Part shown: positions 1 through 8,675 of the stretch, piece after piece | Position numbering within the stretch: position 1 is the first letter of the stretch | How the letters are laid out: every line of letters starts with the position of its first letter | NCBI GenBank assembly: GCA_024654025.1 | Contig: JANLIR010000002.1 | Coordinates: 21,885-85,884, forward strand | Source of the DNA: Candidatus Wolfebacteria bacterium | GTDB taxonomy: Bacteria; Patescibacteriota; Minisyncoccia; UBA6257; UBA9933 | Direction: 5' to 3' | Length of the DNA stretch: 64,000 nucleotides | The notes under the pieces: model-generated | What the model was told of the DNA's origin: nothing | Database searches by the model: none | Seen by the model: only the letters and a program-made list of their open reading frames with translations | Made by a program: the position numbers and the translations under genes

Positions 1-429
1 CACCATGTCCACTTTATTAAGAAAGACAACCATTGCCGGAACGCCAACTTGGCGCGCCAAAAGAATGTGCTCTCTTGTTTGAGGCATTGGGCCGTCCGCA
101 GCGCTAACCACCAAAACCGCGCCGTCCATTTGCGCAGCGCCGGTAATCATGTTTTTGATGTAGTCGGCGTGGCCTGGCGCGTCGATGTGCGCATAGTGCC
201 TTTTTTCAGATTCATATTCCGAGTGGTGCAAAGCGATGGTAATGCCTCTGGCTTTTTCTTCGGGAGCATTGTCAATCTGATCAACGCTCTCTTCTTTTTT
301 CGCCAAGCCTTTCATAAAAAGGACGTGGGTAATAGCCGCGGTCAATGTGGTCTTGCCATGATCAACATGGCCGATTGTTCCGACATTGACGTGAGGCTTG
401 CCTCGCTCAAATTTTTCTTTTTCTGCCAT
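1..429 (-). CDS. tuf: Elongation factor Tu, N-terminal ~143 aa (the gene runs off the window edge)
   Basis: Reverse-complement translation from the ATG at 427-429 gives [34 protein letters not shown]...[26 protein letters not shown], which contains the G1 P-loop GHVDHGKT and the G3 DAPGH motif of EF-Tu. The + strand ORF 49..453 is antisense to it. Confidence 0.9.
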   Translation of the reverse strand, partial: MAEKEKFERGKPHVNVGTIGHVDHGKTTLTAAITHVLFMKGLAKKEESVDQIDNAPEEKARGITIALHHSEYESEKRHYAHIDAPGHADYIKNMITGAAQMDGAVLVVSAADGPMPQTREHILLARQVGVPAMVVFLNKVDMV

Positions 430-627
430 ACTTTTATAACTAATAACTTATAACCAATAATTTATGCTGAAAAATTCAGAGGTTATTAATTATGAATTAT
501 TAGTTAACAATTAATTGTTATTTGTATTGTTATGAATTTTTGTTTTTACGACCTTTCCAGTTTACGATAAAAAAATAAAAAGTCAAACCCCAAACATAAA
601 TACGGTATAAATATGAGGTTTGACCCC

Positions 628-984
628 TTAATCTTTCACAAATTCGATTATCGCCATTTTCGCGGCGTCGTTTTTCCGACGCGTCATGCTTTTTACCACT
701 CTTACATAACCGCCTTTGCCGTCTTTATACTTTGGAGCGATTTCGTAAAAAAGTTTCTGCGCCGATTTTTTATTTAATCGGGAAATCAAAAGACGCAAGC
801 TGGCCAAGTTTTGTTTTTTCGCCAAAGTGATTAATTTCTCGACAAAGGATTTCATTTCCTTCGCTCGCGCTTCGGTTGTCGAAATTTTCCCTTTCAAAAT
901 AAGGTTACCAGCCAGGCTTTTTAAAAAAGCCTTTCGTTGGCCTTTTTTTCGATGAAATTTTCTGCCCTTTTTTAAATGCCTCAT
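628..984 (-). CDS. rplQ: 50S ribosomal protein L17
   Basis: MRHLKKGRKFHRKKGQRKAF... is a typical L17 N-terminus, and the gene sits immediately downstream of rpoA as in the conserved alpha operon. Confidence 0.85.
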   Translation of the reverse strand: MRHLKKGRKFHRKKGQRKAFLKSLAGNLILKGKISTTEARAKEMKSFVEKLITLAKKQNLASLRLLISRLNKKSAQKLFYEIAPKYKDGKGGYVRVVKSMTRRKNDAAKMAIIEFVKD

Positions 985-989
985 CGCTA

Positions 990-1793
990 TTATTTCTTGG
1001 CCTTAGTTGTTTTTTTGACTTTTGCCGATTTTTTAGGTTTTTCTTCAGGTTCTTCCTCGGAAAGTTTTTTAGATTCTTTTACTTCCAGTTCGGAAATTTT
1101 TACAAAATGGTCGCTTAAAATATTAGCTGCTTTTCTAATCGCCTCTGAAGGAGTAATGCTTCCGTCAGTTTCAACGGCCAATTTCAACCGGTTATAATCC
1201 GTGTGCTCGCCAACGCGCATATTTTCAATATCAAAATTAACCTTCATAACCGGCGTAAAGACCGCGTCAATGGCAACAACGCCAATAGGCGTCTTTTCCG
1301 TTTTTCTTTCCTCAACCGGCACATAACCCAGGCCCTTTTCTACGGTTATTTCCATTTTAAATTCCGCTTTTTTATCAGTAAGCGTGGCGATATGAGCATC
1401 AGGATTTATAACCTCAACCAAAGAATTGGCTTTGATGTCTTTGGCTGTAATTGTTTTTTCGCCCTTAGCCTCAACAGTCAAAATCTGGGGCTCATCAGCG
1501 TGAAAACCAAACCTTACCTTTTTCAAGTTAAAAATTATTTCAATAATATCCTCTAGGACTCCCGGAAGCGTCGTAAATTCATGCTTAACGTTTGCAATTT
1601 TTATTTGCGTTACCGCCGCTCCAGGAATTGACGATAAAAGGATCCGGCGAAGAGAGTTTCCAATAGTCAATCCATAACCGGTATAAAGGCCTTCTATTTC
1701 AAAAATGCCTTTCTTTTCGTCTTCGGAAATTGTTTTGATTTTAACGGTTTCGCTAAGTCGTGCGTATTTCATATTTTTATACTTCAATTTCAC
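990..1793 (-). CDS. rpoA: DNA-directed RNA polymerase alpha subunit, N-terminal domain only, with a Lys/Glu-rich C-terminal tail
   Basis: Position is between rpsD and rplQ. Length is 267 aa against ~330 for canonical alpha. The C-terminus is KESKKLSEEEPEEKPKKSAKVKKTTKAKK rather than an alphaCTD. Confidence 0.75.
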   Translation of the reverse strand: MKLKYKNMKYARLSETVKIKTISEDEKKGIFEIEGLYTGYGLTIGNSLRRILLSSIPGAAVTQIKIANVKHEFTTLPGVLEDIIEIIFNLKKVRFGFHADEPQILTVEAKGEKTITAKDIKANSLVEVINPDAHIATLTDKKAEFKMEITVEKGLGYVPVEERKTEKTPIGVVAIDAVFTPVMKVNFDIENMRVGEHTDYNRLKLAVETDGSITPSEAIRKAANILSDHFVKISELEVKESKKLSEEEPEEKPKKSAKVKKTTKAKK

Positions 1794-1821
1794 TCAGTAT
1801 AATCCTGAGCCTGTCGAAGGA

Positions 1822-2439
1822 TTATTTTGAATAAAAATCTACCACCAAATTAATGTCAAACGGCATCTCAATGGCTAAAGGCAACGACTTCACTTTGCCT
1901 TCGATTTTTTCCGCGTTAATTGTCAACCATTCGGGCGCTTGATATTTTTTTATAGTATTAGAAAGCTCTTTAAAAATCAAGGAGTTTAACGATTTCGGCT
2001 TTACGGTAATAGCGTCTCCCGCTTTAACCAAAAACGACGCTACCGTAACTTTACGGCCGTTTACCAAAATATGCCCGTGGGAAACAAATTGCCTTGCCAT
2101 TATTCTTGAAGGCGCGAATCCCAATCTGAAAACCGTATTATCAAGTCGTCTTTCTAAAAGGCTGACAATCGCTTCGGACAAAGAACCTTTTTTCTTTGAA
2201 GCGTGTTTAAAAACATTCGCCATCTGCGATTCTTTAAGTCCGTAAGTTATTCTTATTTTTTGTTTTTCCATCAGTTGCTGTCCGTATTCGGAAATAGCCC
2301 GGCGTCTTGATTTGCCATGCATGCCCGGCCTATACGGCCTTCTAACCATGGCGCATTTAGGCGAATTACAACGATCCGCTTTCAAAAAAAGCTTTACACC
2401 CAACGCTCTTTCTTTTTTTTCTTTAGCTTGTATATGCAT
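1822..2439 (-). CDS. rpsD: 30S ribosomal protein S4
   Basis: 205 aa, S4-like N-terminus with a Cys cluster (CNSPKC), in operon position between rpsK and rpoA. Confidence 0.85.
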   Translation of the reverse strand: MHIQAKEKKERALGVKLFLKADRCNSPKCAMVRRPYRPGMHGKSRRRAISEYGQQLMEKQKIRITYGLKESQMANVFKHASKKKGSLSEAIVSLLERRLDNTVFRLGFAPSRIMARQFVSHGHILVNGRKVTVASFLVKAGDAITVKPKSLNSLIFKELSNTIKKYQAPEWLTINAEKIEGKVKSLPLAIEMPFDINLVVDFYSK

Positions 2440-2442
2440 GAT

Positions 2443-2898
2443 TTATACTCTCCTGACTTTACGCGCTCTTGGTCCGTTATGCGGAATCGGCGTAGCGTCT
2501 TTTATTGATAAAATATTAAACCCTTGATTGGACAGTGACCGGACTGCGCTGTCTCTGCCAGCGCCAACTCCTTTTACTATAACGTCAATATCGCTAAGGC
2601 CGACTTTCTTTAATTTCTCAGCCAGCGCCGCCACAACTTTTGAAGCCGCAAACGGAGTCGCTTTTTTAGGCCCAGAAAACCCCAAAGATCCGGCAGTAGA
2701 CCAGCCCAAAACATCGCCCTTGGCGTCTGTCGCGGTTATAACCGTGTTATTATAGCTGGCATTTATAAAAACCATTCCTTTATTTATTTTCTTGGCGGTC
2801 GCGCTTTTACCCGAGGCTTTCTCGATATTTTTTTCCAGCTCTTCGCCTTCCTTTAAAACTTCCGCTTCGCTTTTTTTGATTACTTTTTTCTTTCCCAT
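2443..2898 (-). CDS. rpsK: 30S ribosomal protein S11 (with Lys-rich N-terminal extension)
   Basis: GMVFINASYNNTVITATDAKGDVLGWSTAG matches the S11 core; operon position. Confidence 0.85.
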   Translation of the reverse strand: MGKKKVIKKSEAEVLKEGEELEKNIEKASGKSATAKKINKGMVFINASYNNTVITATDAKGDVLGWSTAGSLGFSGPKKATPFAASKVVAALAEKLKKVGLSDIDVIVKGVGAGRDSAVRSLSNQGFNILSIKDATPIPHNGPRARKVRRV

Positions 2899-2899
2899 T

Positions 2900-3283
2900 T
2901 TATTTCAAATCAACCTTCCTCCTTCCACTGCCGACTGTTTTTCTTACATTGCCTCTGACTGTCCGTGAATTCGTTTTTGTCCTTTGTCCTCTTACCGGAA
3001 GCTTTCTTAAATGGCGGCTCCCGCGATAACTTCCGATTTCTTTCAGTCGAGAAATGTTTGTTTTTATAACCTGCCTTAATTCATCGCCGATTTTATGATT
3101 TTTTTCAATATAATCCTGGATTTTTTTAACCTCCTCAGAAGTAAGGCTTTTAACTTTTTTCCCGGCCTCGATTTTTATCGAGTCCAAAATTTTGGCAGCT
3201 GTTGTTCTGCCTATTCCGTAAAGATGAGTTAACCCGATATCCACTCTTTTATTGTCCGGTATATTTATTCCTATTAAACGCAT
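2900..3283 (-). CDS. rpsM: 30S ribosomal protein S13
   Basis: MRLIGINIPDNKRVDIGLTHLYGIGRTTAAKIL is the canonical S13 N-terminus. Confidence 0.9.
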   Translation of the reverse strand: MRLIGINIPDNKRVDIGLTHLYGIGRTTAAKILDSIKIEAGKKVKSLTSEEVKKIQDYIEKNHKIGDELRQVIKTNISRLKEIGSYRGSRHLRKLPVRGQRTKTNSRTVRGNVRKTVGSGRRKVDLK

Positions 3284-3292
3284 GGTAAAAAA

Positions 3293-3409
3293 TTATCCTT
3301 GTCTTTGTTTATGCTTCGGATTTTTACTGCAAATAACATAGACTCTGCCGCCACGCCTGACAGTTCTGCAATTTTTGCAAATTTTTTTTACCGAAGATCT
3401 TACTTTCAT
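3293..3409 (-). CDS. rpmJ: 50S ribosomal protein L36 (38 aa; below the ORF-track size cutoff)
   Basis: Hand translation of the minus strand gives [38 protein letters not shown], with the L36 zinc-ribbon C..C..C..H pattern. It lies between infA and rpsM as expected. Confidence 0.75.
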   Translation of the reverse strand: MKVRSSVKKICKNCRTVRRGGRVYVICSKNPKHKQRQG

Positions 3410-3418
3410 TTTTATAAA

Positions 3419-3634
3419 TTAAAGCCGTCTAATAATTCTGCCTCTTTCTCCGTCAGGAGAAAGCTCTAACAAAACCGTGTCGCCAGGCATTATTTTAATG
3501 TAATGCATCCTCATCTTGCCCGAAAGATAAGCAATTATTATATTTCCGCTCTCCAGTTCAACCTTAAAATTCGTTGCGGGCAAATTTTCTATAATCCTTC
3601 CCTTCATTACCGCTTTCTTCTCGGAATTCGACAT
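3419..3634 (-). CDS. infA: Translation initiation factor IF-1
   Basis: 71 aa with an S1-like OB fold (MKGRIIENLPATNFKVELESGNIIIAYLSGKMR...), positioned upstream of rpmJ. Confidence 0.85.
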   Translation of the reverse strand: MSNSEKKAVMKGRIIENLPATNFKVELESGNIIIAYLSGKMRMHYIKIMPGDTVLLELSPDGERGRIIRRL

Positions 3635-3675
3635 GTAGAGATAAATACTAAATGAAATCGCAATAAAGTCAACCC

Positions 3676-5217
3676 CTAATTAATAATCACATTAACTCGG
3701 CCCTGATTAAGAGGAATTTTTGAAACCCAAAACGGCCAAAACGAAAAATCAGCTTTTTCAATATTGGGATATGAATAAATAAGGGATTTCAGCTCCGCCT
3801 CGGACTTACCGGAGATTTTTTGCCTGAAAGAATTCACGTCCAGAGGCTCCCAAAAAGTTCCTTTGAATTTAACCGGCAAAGTCATTATTTTGGTTTTCGG
3901 ATCAATTTGGACATTTCCATAACTTATCGAATACTCGTCCTCTTTTAAAATAAGCCGCAAAGAGGTGCCCACTACTTGTTTGGCCATTTGAGTTAAAAGA
4001 TTTATTATATGAACTTTTTTAAACGCCGTCATCGACATTTCTCCGTCGACAAAAACATAAAAATTGCTGTTTTCGTCTGTGTCGGTATTTACCGTTTCCT
4101 TTAACACATTAAATTGCCGGCTGCTGTCTATTAGTTTAAATTCGTCACTGGGAATTTGAGAAACTATAAAAACTTCGATTCCGTTTTTTAAATTTTTCTC
4201 CGCTTCCCCTTTCGCGTTTTTTATGTCTGCGTCAGTCGGATACGCCGCTTGCCCGACAAATCCGCTCGCAATCGGAGATTTCGATTCAGCGTAAAATTTA
4301 TCGAATTTGAGAGTTCCTTCAAATCCCGGAATAGTAAATTTACTGACCGAACCGATATTATAAGCCTCCCCTGGTTTTTCAGCCGCCACCTGCGCTTCAA
4401 TGCTTGCGGCAACCACTTGTCCGTTTCCCACTCTTGCGCCGGGAACTGTGATTCGATCTAAAAGCTTGAAAATTTTTCCGTCCGGCGCCTTAAATCTTGT
4501 TCCGCTTACTAATATCTGCTGCTCTGTTGAAAAATTATTATAAATGGTAATACTCCCGCTGGCTTTGCGCTCTACGTATTTTTTTCCTGTTGCCGGAAAA
4601 GGAAAATTTATATTTTTCCTCTGGGAAAAAATCGCAACGGGAATTTGCCGGCTGTTAAGATCGATATCCGTCAGCTTAGAACTCAAAGTCATAGGATTAT
4701 CATATTCCCAAGGAAATTTTTTAATTGAAATTTTAATATCCGCTTTGGGCAAATAGGCGTATGCTCCGTAAACCCCAAACCCCAAAACAACAGCGCCTAA
4801 AATCCAAGCTATCGAAGCCCATTTTTTTCTGGGATTTAATTTCATCTCCGGAAGCCGCGGCGGCAAAGAAATATTAATCGAATCCTGGCGAAGATGAGGA
4901 ATTTCTTTTTCGATCATCTGAGGCGAAGCTTTTCTGCCCAAAACTTCTTGTTCTTTCCTGTCAATCTTCTCAAACAACTTTTCCAACTCGTTGTTTTTAT
5001 TTTTCGGCTCTTCGCTTCCCTCTCCGCGGCTCTCTGCCCAGCTAAGCGGAGAAATAATTTTACCGCTTTTAACTGTGGTTTTTTCTTCCGGTTTTTTTAC
5101 CGGTTTTTTCTCCGCCTGCTTTATGCTAACCGGCTCGGAAACCAGTCCTTTGACATCCAGCTTTTTTATAATATCAACTACTTTTACTTTTGCTTTTTTC
5201 ACGTCTGAATCATCCAT
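3676..5217 (-). CDS. Hypothetical single-pass membrane protein (Lys-rich cytoplasmic N-terminus, one TM helix, ~360-aa extracytoplasmic domain)
   Basis: 513-aa ORF with a single hydrophobic helix WASIAWILGAVVLGFGVYGAYAYL; no recognisable catalytic motif. It occupies the slot between infA and the divergent gpmI. Confidence 0.45.
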   Translation of the reverse strand: MDDSDVKKAKVKVVDIIKKLDVKGLVSEPVSIKQAEKKPVKKPEEKTTVKSGKIISPLSWAESRGEGSEEPKNKNNELEKLFEKIDRKEQEVLGRKASPQMIEKEIPHLRQDSINISLPPRLPEMKLNPRKKWASIAWILGAVVLGFGVYGAYAYLPKADIKISIKKFPWEYDNPMTLSSKLTDIDLNSRQIPVAIFSQRKNINFPFPATGKKYVERKASGSITIYNNFSTEQQILVSGTRFKAPDGKIFKLLDRITVPGARVGNGQVVAASIEAQVAAEKPGEAYNIGSVSKFTIPGFEGTLKFDKFYAESKSPIASGFVGQAAYPTDADIKNAKGEAEKNLKNGIEVFIVSQIPSDEFKLIDSSRQFNVLKETVNTDTDENSNFYVFVDGEMSMTAFKKVHIINLLTQMAKQVVGTSLRLILKEDEYSISYGNVQIDPKTKIMTLPVKFKGTFWEPLDVNSFRQKISGKSEAELKSLIYSYPNIEKADFSFWPFWVSKIPLNQGRVNVIIN

Positions 5218-5281
5218 ACCAATTTATTATCGCAAATTTTTTCATTGCCGACAAGAAGCAATTAAAGTAAAATATAATTAT

Positions 5282-6838
5282 ATGAACACTCTCCGCAGCG
5301 TAATTTTAATAATATTAGACGGCTGGGGCATAGGCGCGGATGATTTTTCCAATCCGATTCGTCTTGTTAATCCGCCGATAATGAACTCCCTAAAAAAACG
5401 ATACCCTTACGGAACGCTTCAGGCGTCGGGAATCACCGTAGGCCTGCCTTGGGGAGAAGAAGGAAACAGCGAAGTCGGCCATTTAAATATCGGCGCCGGA
5501 CGCATTCTCTACCAAAATTTTCCCAGAATTACTTTATCAATAAAAGACGGCAGTTTTTATGAAAATGAAATTCTGAAAAAAACTCTGGAGTACGCCAAAA
5601 GCAATAATTCCAGTCTTAATTTAATCGGGCTTTTATCCGATGCCTGCGTTCATTCTTCTTTCGAACATTTATTGGCACTTCTCGAAGCCGCCAAAAAAAA
5701 TGATTTTCCTCTTGAAAAAATAAATCTCCATCTTATTACCGACGGCAGAGACAGCTCTCCTGAATCAGCCGTTGAATTTATAAATAAAATTCCTGAGCCT
5801 TTTTTAAAACAAATTGCTTCGCTTGGCGGAAGATATTACGCGATGGACAGAGACAGCCACTGGGACAGAACCCAAAAATATTACAACGCCATTACCGGAC
5901 AAGGAGGCACAATCGACGATTATCAAATGCACATCAAAAGCACTTACGCTAGGAAACTTAACGACGAATATATTCCCCCAACTTTAATCGGACCCCAAGA
6001 CCGTTCGATAAAAGAAAACGACGCCGTGATATTTTTCAATTTCCGCGAAGACAGAATGCGCCAACTTGTCCGCTGTTTCATCGAAAAAAATTTTAACCAT
6101 TTTCCCATAAAACAATTTTCCAATTTATTTGTCACAACTATGGTTTCTTACAAAGACGAATTTACCGCTCCCGTGCTTTTTCCAGCGGAAAAAGTTTTAA
6201 CGCCTCTGGGAAAAGTTTTGGAAGAGAACAACAAAATCCAGTGGCGCATCGCTGAAACTGAAAAATACGCCCACGTCACTTATTTTTTTAACGGCCAGCA
6301 AGAATCACCCTTTAAGGGCGAATACCGCGTTTTGGTACCCTCAAAAATAAGCTTCCGCTACGACCAGCATCCGGAAATGATGGCCGGAGAAATTACAAGC
6401 CGTCTTTTAGAAGCCATTAAAGAAAAAGTTTACGATTTTATTCTTGTTAATTTCGCCAATCCGGACATCATCGCCCACACCGGAAATTTCGAAGCCACAG
6501 CAGAAGCCATAAGAGTTATTGACGCCCAAATAGAAAAAATTTACGCCTCCGCAATGGAAAATGACTCTTTTTTGATAATCACTTCCGACCACGGAAACGC
6601 CGAAAGATTAATAGATCCCAAAACCGGCACTCCGGAAACAAAACACGACCCCAATCCGGTGCCGTTTTATTTAATCGCCAAGGAATTCGAAAGACAAAAT
6701 ACCGACCAATATGTGCATCAAGCCGAACATTCTCAAGTTGGCGTTTTAGCTGACGTTGCTCCGACGATTTTAGAACTGATGAAAATTCCCAAGCCCCCAG
6801 AAATGACCGGCCATAGTTTGATAAAATTAATTCTTTAA
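5282..6838 (+). CDS. gpmI: 2,3-bisphosphoglycerate-independent phosphoglycerate mutase
   Basis: The iPGM-type core begins at MNTLRSVILIILDGWGIGADDF (ATG at 5282) and includes ...SGITVGLPWGEEGNSEVGHLNIGAGR. The long ORF-track start at 4991 is an upstream read-through artefact. Confidence 0.8.
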   Translation: MNTLRSVILIILDGWGIGADDFSNPIRLVNPPIMNSLKKRYPYGTLQASGITVGLPWGEEGNSEVGHLNIGAGRILYQNFPRITLSIKDGSFYENEILKKTLEYAKSNNSSLNLIGLLSDACVHSSFEHLLALLEAAKKNDFPLEKINLHLITDGRDSSPESAVEFINKIPEPFLKQIASLGGRYYAMDRDSHWDRTQKYYNAITGQGGTIDDYQMHIKSTYARKLNDEYIPPTLIGPQDRSIKENDAVIFFNFREDRMRQLVRCFIEKNFNHFPIKQFSNLFVTTMVSYKDEFTAPVLFPAEKVLTPLGKVLEENNKIQWRIAETEKYAHVTYFFNGQQESPFKGEYRVLVPSKISFRYDQHPEMMAGEITSRLLEAIKEKVYDFILVNFANPDIIAHTGNFEATAEAIRVIDAQIEKIYASAMENDSFLIITSDHGNAERLIDPKTGTPETKHDPNPVPFYLIAKEFERQNTDQYVHQAEHSQVGVLADVAPTILELMKIPKPPEMTGHSLIKLIL

Positions 6839-8094
6839 CCAAAGATCTTCAGCACTCTTTCGTACTTTACTAATCTCTCCGGTTTTCCCGGAGCGCCGGA
6901 TTTCAATCCCCAAGCGCCAACGCCCACAGCCAAATCCGCGATAAAATCATCCATAGTCTCCCCGCTTCTGTGGCTCACCACTACCTGCCAATTGTTATCA
7001 TAAGCCATTTTCACGACTTCCAATGTTTCGGTCAAACTGCCGATTTGGTTAAGTTTTACCAAAATCGCGTTGCCGGAATTTTTATCAACCGCCATTTTTA
7101 ATCTTTTCGAATTAGTAGTCGTTAAATCATCGGTAATTACTAAAACATCCGGCTTGCTTGAAATATTTTCCCAATTTTTACTAATATTATCCGCGTTAAT
7201 CCGCGTTTTTAATCCGCGTAAATCAGCGGTAAGCGAAGCAAACGAATCGAAATCTTCTTCATAAAACGGATCTTCAATTGAAAGTATGTCGTACGCTTCA
7301 ATAAGTTTTAAATAATATTCTTTTATTTCTTCTTTTGAGTAGCTTTTTTTGTTGATAACATACTCCTCCGCCCGGTAGTATTGGCTCGCCGCAACGTCCA
7401 GTCCTATCCGCAAAGGATATTTATTTTTCGCTATCAAATCCGCCATAATTTCCAGCGCCTCTTCGTTGGTTTTAAACAGCGCCGAGTATCCCGCTTCGTC
7501 TCCTAACGTAATGTTCTCTTCTCCAAACTTATCGTCTAAAACTTTTTTGAGTTTTCTATAATATTCCCTGCCGACGCTGTAAGCAATGTTAAAATCTTCA
7601 GTTGTCGGAATCACCTGGAACTCCTGAAAATCAAGTTTGTTTTTAGCGTGCGCTCCGCCGTTGATAACGTTAAAAATCGGCTTGGGCGCTTTTATGATTG
7701 CGCTTCCAAAAAAAATTTCAGAAAAAATCTTATTAATATATTCGAAAAGTTCCTGATTATTTTCTTTGGCTCTAAGCCTTGCCCACGCCAAACTCAAAGA
7801 CAATATCAAATTTCCTCCCAAATTTTCTTTATTTTCAGTTCCGTCTAAAGCAATTAAAAATTTGTCAAAATCCTCTTGCGTCCGGCATTCTTTTTTCAAA
7901 ATTTCGCTTTTAATTTCCTCAAATTTTTCAATTGCTTTTTGAGGCTCCAAAACAAACGCCTCGTGCGTACCCGTGCTTTTCCCGGCCGGTATCGAAGCCG
8001 ACGCAAAAAAATTGTCGCTTCTTAACCCCGCTTCAAGCGTTTCGTTTCCTCTTGAGTCCGAAATAATTTTTACGTTCGCTCCAATAATCCGCAT
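6835..8094 (-). CDS. eno: Enolase (phosphopyruvate hydratase)
   Basis: 419 aa; enolase N-terminal domain MRIIGANVKIISDSRGNETLEAGLRSDNFFASASIPAGKSTGTHEA... and the C-terminal TIM-barrel SHRSGET motif. Confidence 0.9.
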   Translation of the reverse strand: MRIIGANVKIISDSRGNETLEAGLRSDNFFASASIPAGKSTGTHEAFVLEPQKAIEKFEEIKSEILKKECRTQEDFDKFLIALDGTENKENLGGNLILSLSLAWARLRAKENNQELFEYINKIFSEIFFGSAIIKAPKPIFNVINGGAHAKNKLDFQEFQVIPTTEDFNIAYSVGREYYRKLKKVLDDKFGEENITLGDEAGYSALFKTNEEALEIMADLIAKNKYPLRIGLDVAASQYYRAEEYVINKKSYSKEEIKEYYLKLIEAYDILSIEDPFYEEDFDSFASLTADLRGLKTRINADNISKNWENISSKPDVLVITDDLTTTNSKRLKMAVDKNSGNAILVKLNQIGSLTETLEVVKMAYDNNWQVVVSHRSGETMDDFIADLAVGVGAWGLKSGAPGKPERLVKYERVLKIFG

Positions 8095-8117
8095 TTGTTT
8101 AATTATAATCCGTAAAC

Positions 8118-8675
8118 TTATTTACGGAAAGCGCTTATCAAATAAAACGCCACTATCCCAAAAGCCACTACTACATTTAATGACTCCTTCCGGCCATACA
8201 TCGGAATTTCCAAAATTTTATCCGCTTTTTTCAAAATCGGTTTCGGCAAACCCTTAATTTCATTTCCAACGATTAACGCAATTTTGTTTTTCAGTTTTTT
8301 AGTTTTTGAGTATTTTAGTTTATTATACGGAATTGAATTCTTACTTTGCTCAATCGCGAAAATTTTATATTTTTCCTTTTTGAGCTTATCAATCAATTTT
8401 GAAATTGCTTGTGCTGAGCCCTTCGGTCCTGAGCTCAGGGTCGAAGGACGCGCCGAACCAATTTTCTCCCAAGCTACATATTTTTCCGCTCCCAAAGAAA
8501 CTTTTGTCAGTTGCTGTCTCGGCCGTCCAAAAACATCCGCCGGAGCCGGAGTTATCCCGCATAAATAAAGTTTTTTAATTCCCACCGCATCCGCAGTCCG
8601 GAAAATAGACCCCACATTATGCAAACTCCGAATGTTGTAAAGTAAACCAACCATAATGACTCTATTATAACCCAA
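8118..8675 (-). CDS. SpoU/TrmH-family RNA 2'-O-methyltransferase
   Basis: 185 aa, SPOUT-like (IMVGLLYNIRSLHNVGSIFRTADAVGIKKLYL...LIVGNEIKGL). It overlaps the start of the downstream giant gene by 11 nt. Confidence 0.6.
   Translation of the reverse strand: MGYNRVIMVGLLYNIRSLHNVGSIFRTADAVGIKKLYLCGITPAPADVFGRPRQQLTKVSLGAEKYVAWEKIGSARPSTLSSGPKGSAQAISKLIDKLKKEKYKIFAIEQSKNSIPYNKLKYSKTKKLKNKIALIVGNEIKGLPKPILKKADKILEIPMYGRKESLNVVVAFGIVAFYLISAFRK

Noticed and set aside
49-453. 134-aa + strand ORF at the window start
   Set aside because: It is antisense to a clear EF-Tu N-terminus ([13 protein letters not shown]) on the minus strand; an artefact of an open antisense frame.
4991-5281. N-terminal 97-aa extension of the gpmI ORF in the track (start at 4991)
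   Set aside because: The extension is a hydrophobic low-complexity read-through overlapping the divergent upstream gene. Conserved iPGM sequence begins at the ATG at 5282.
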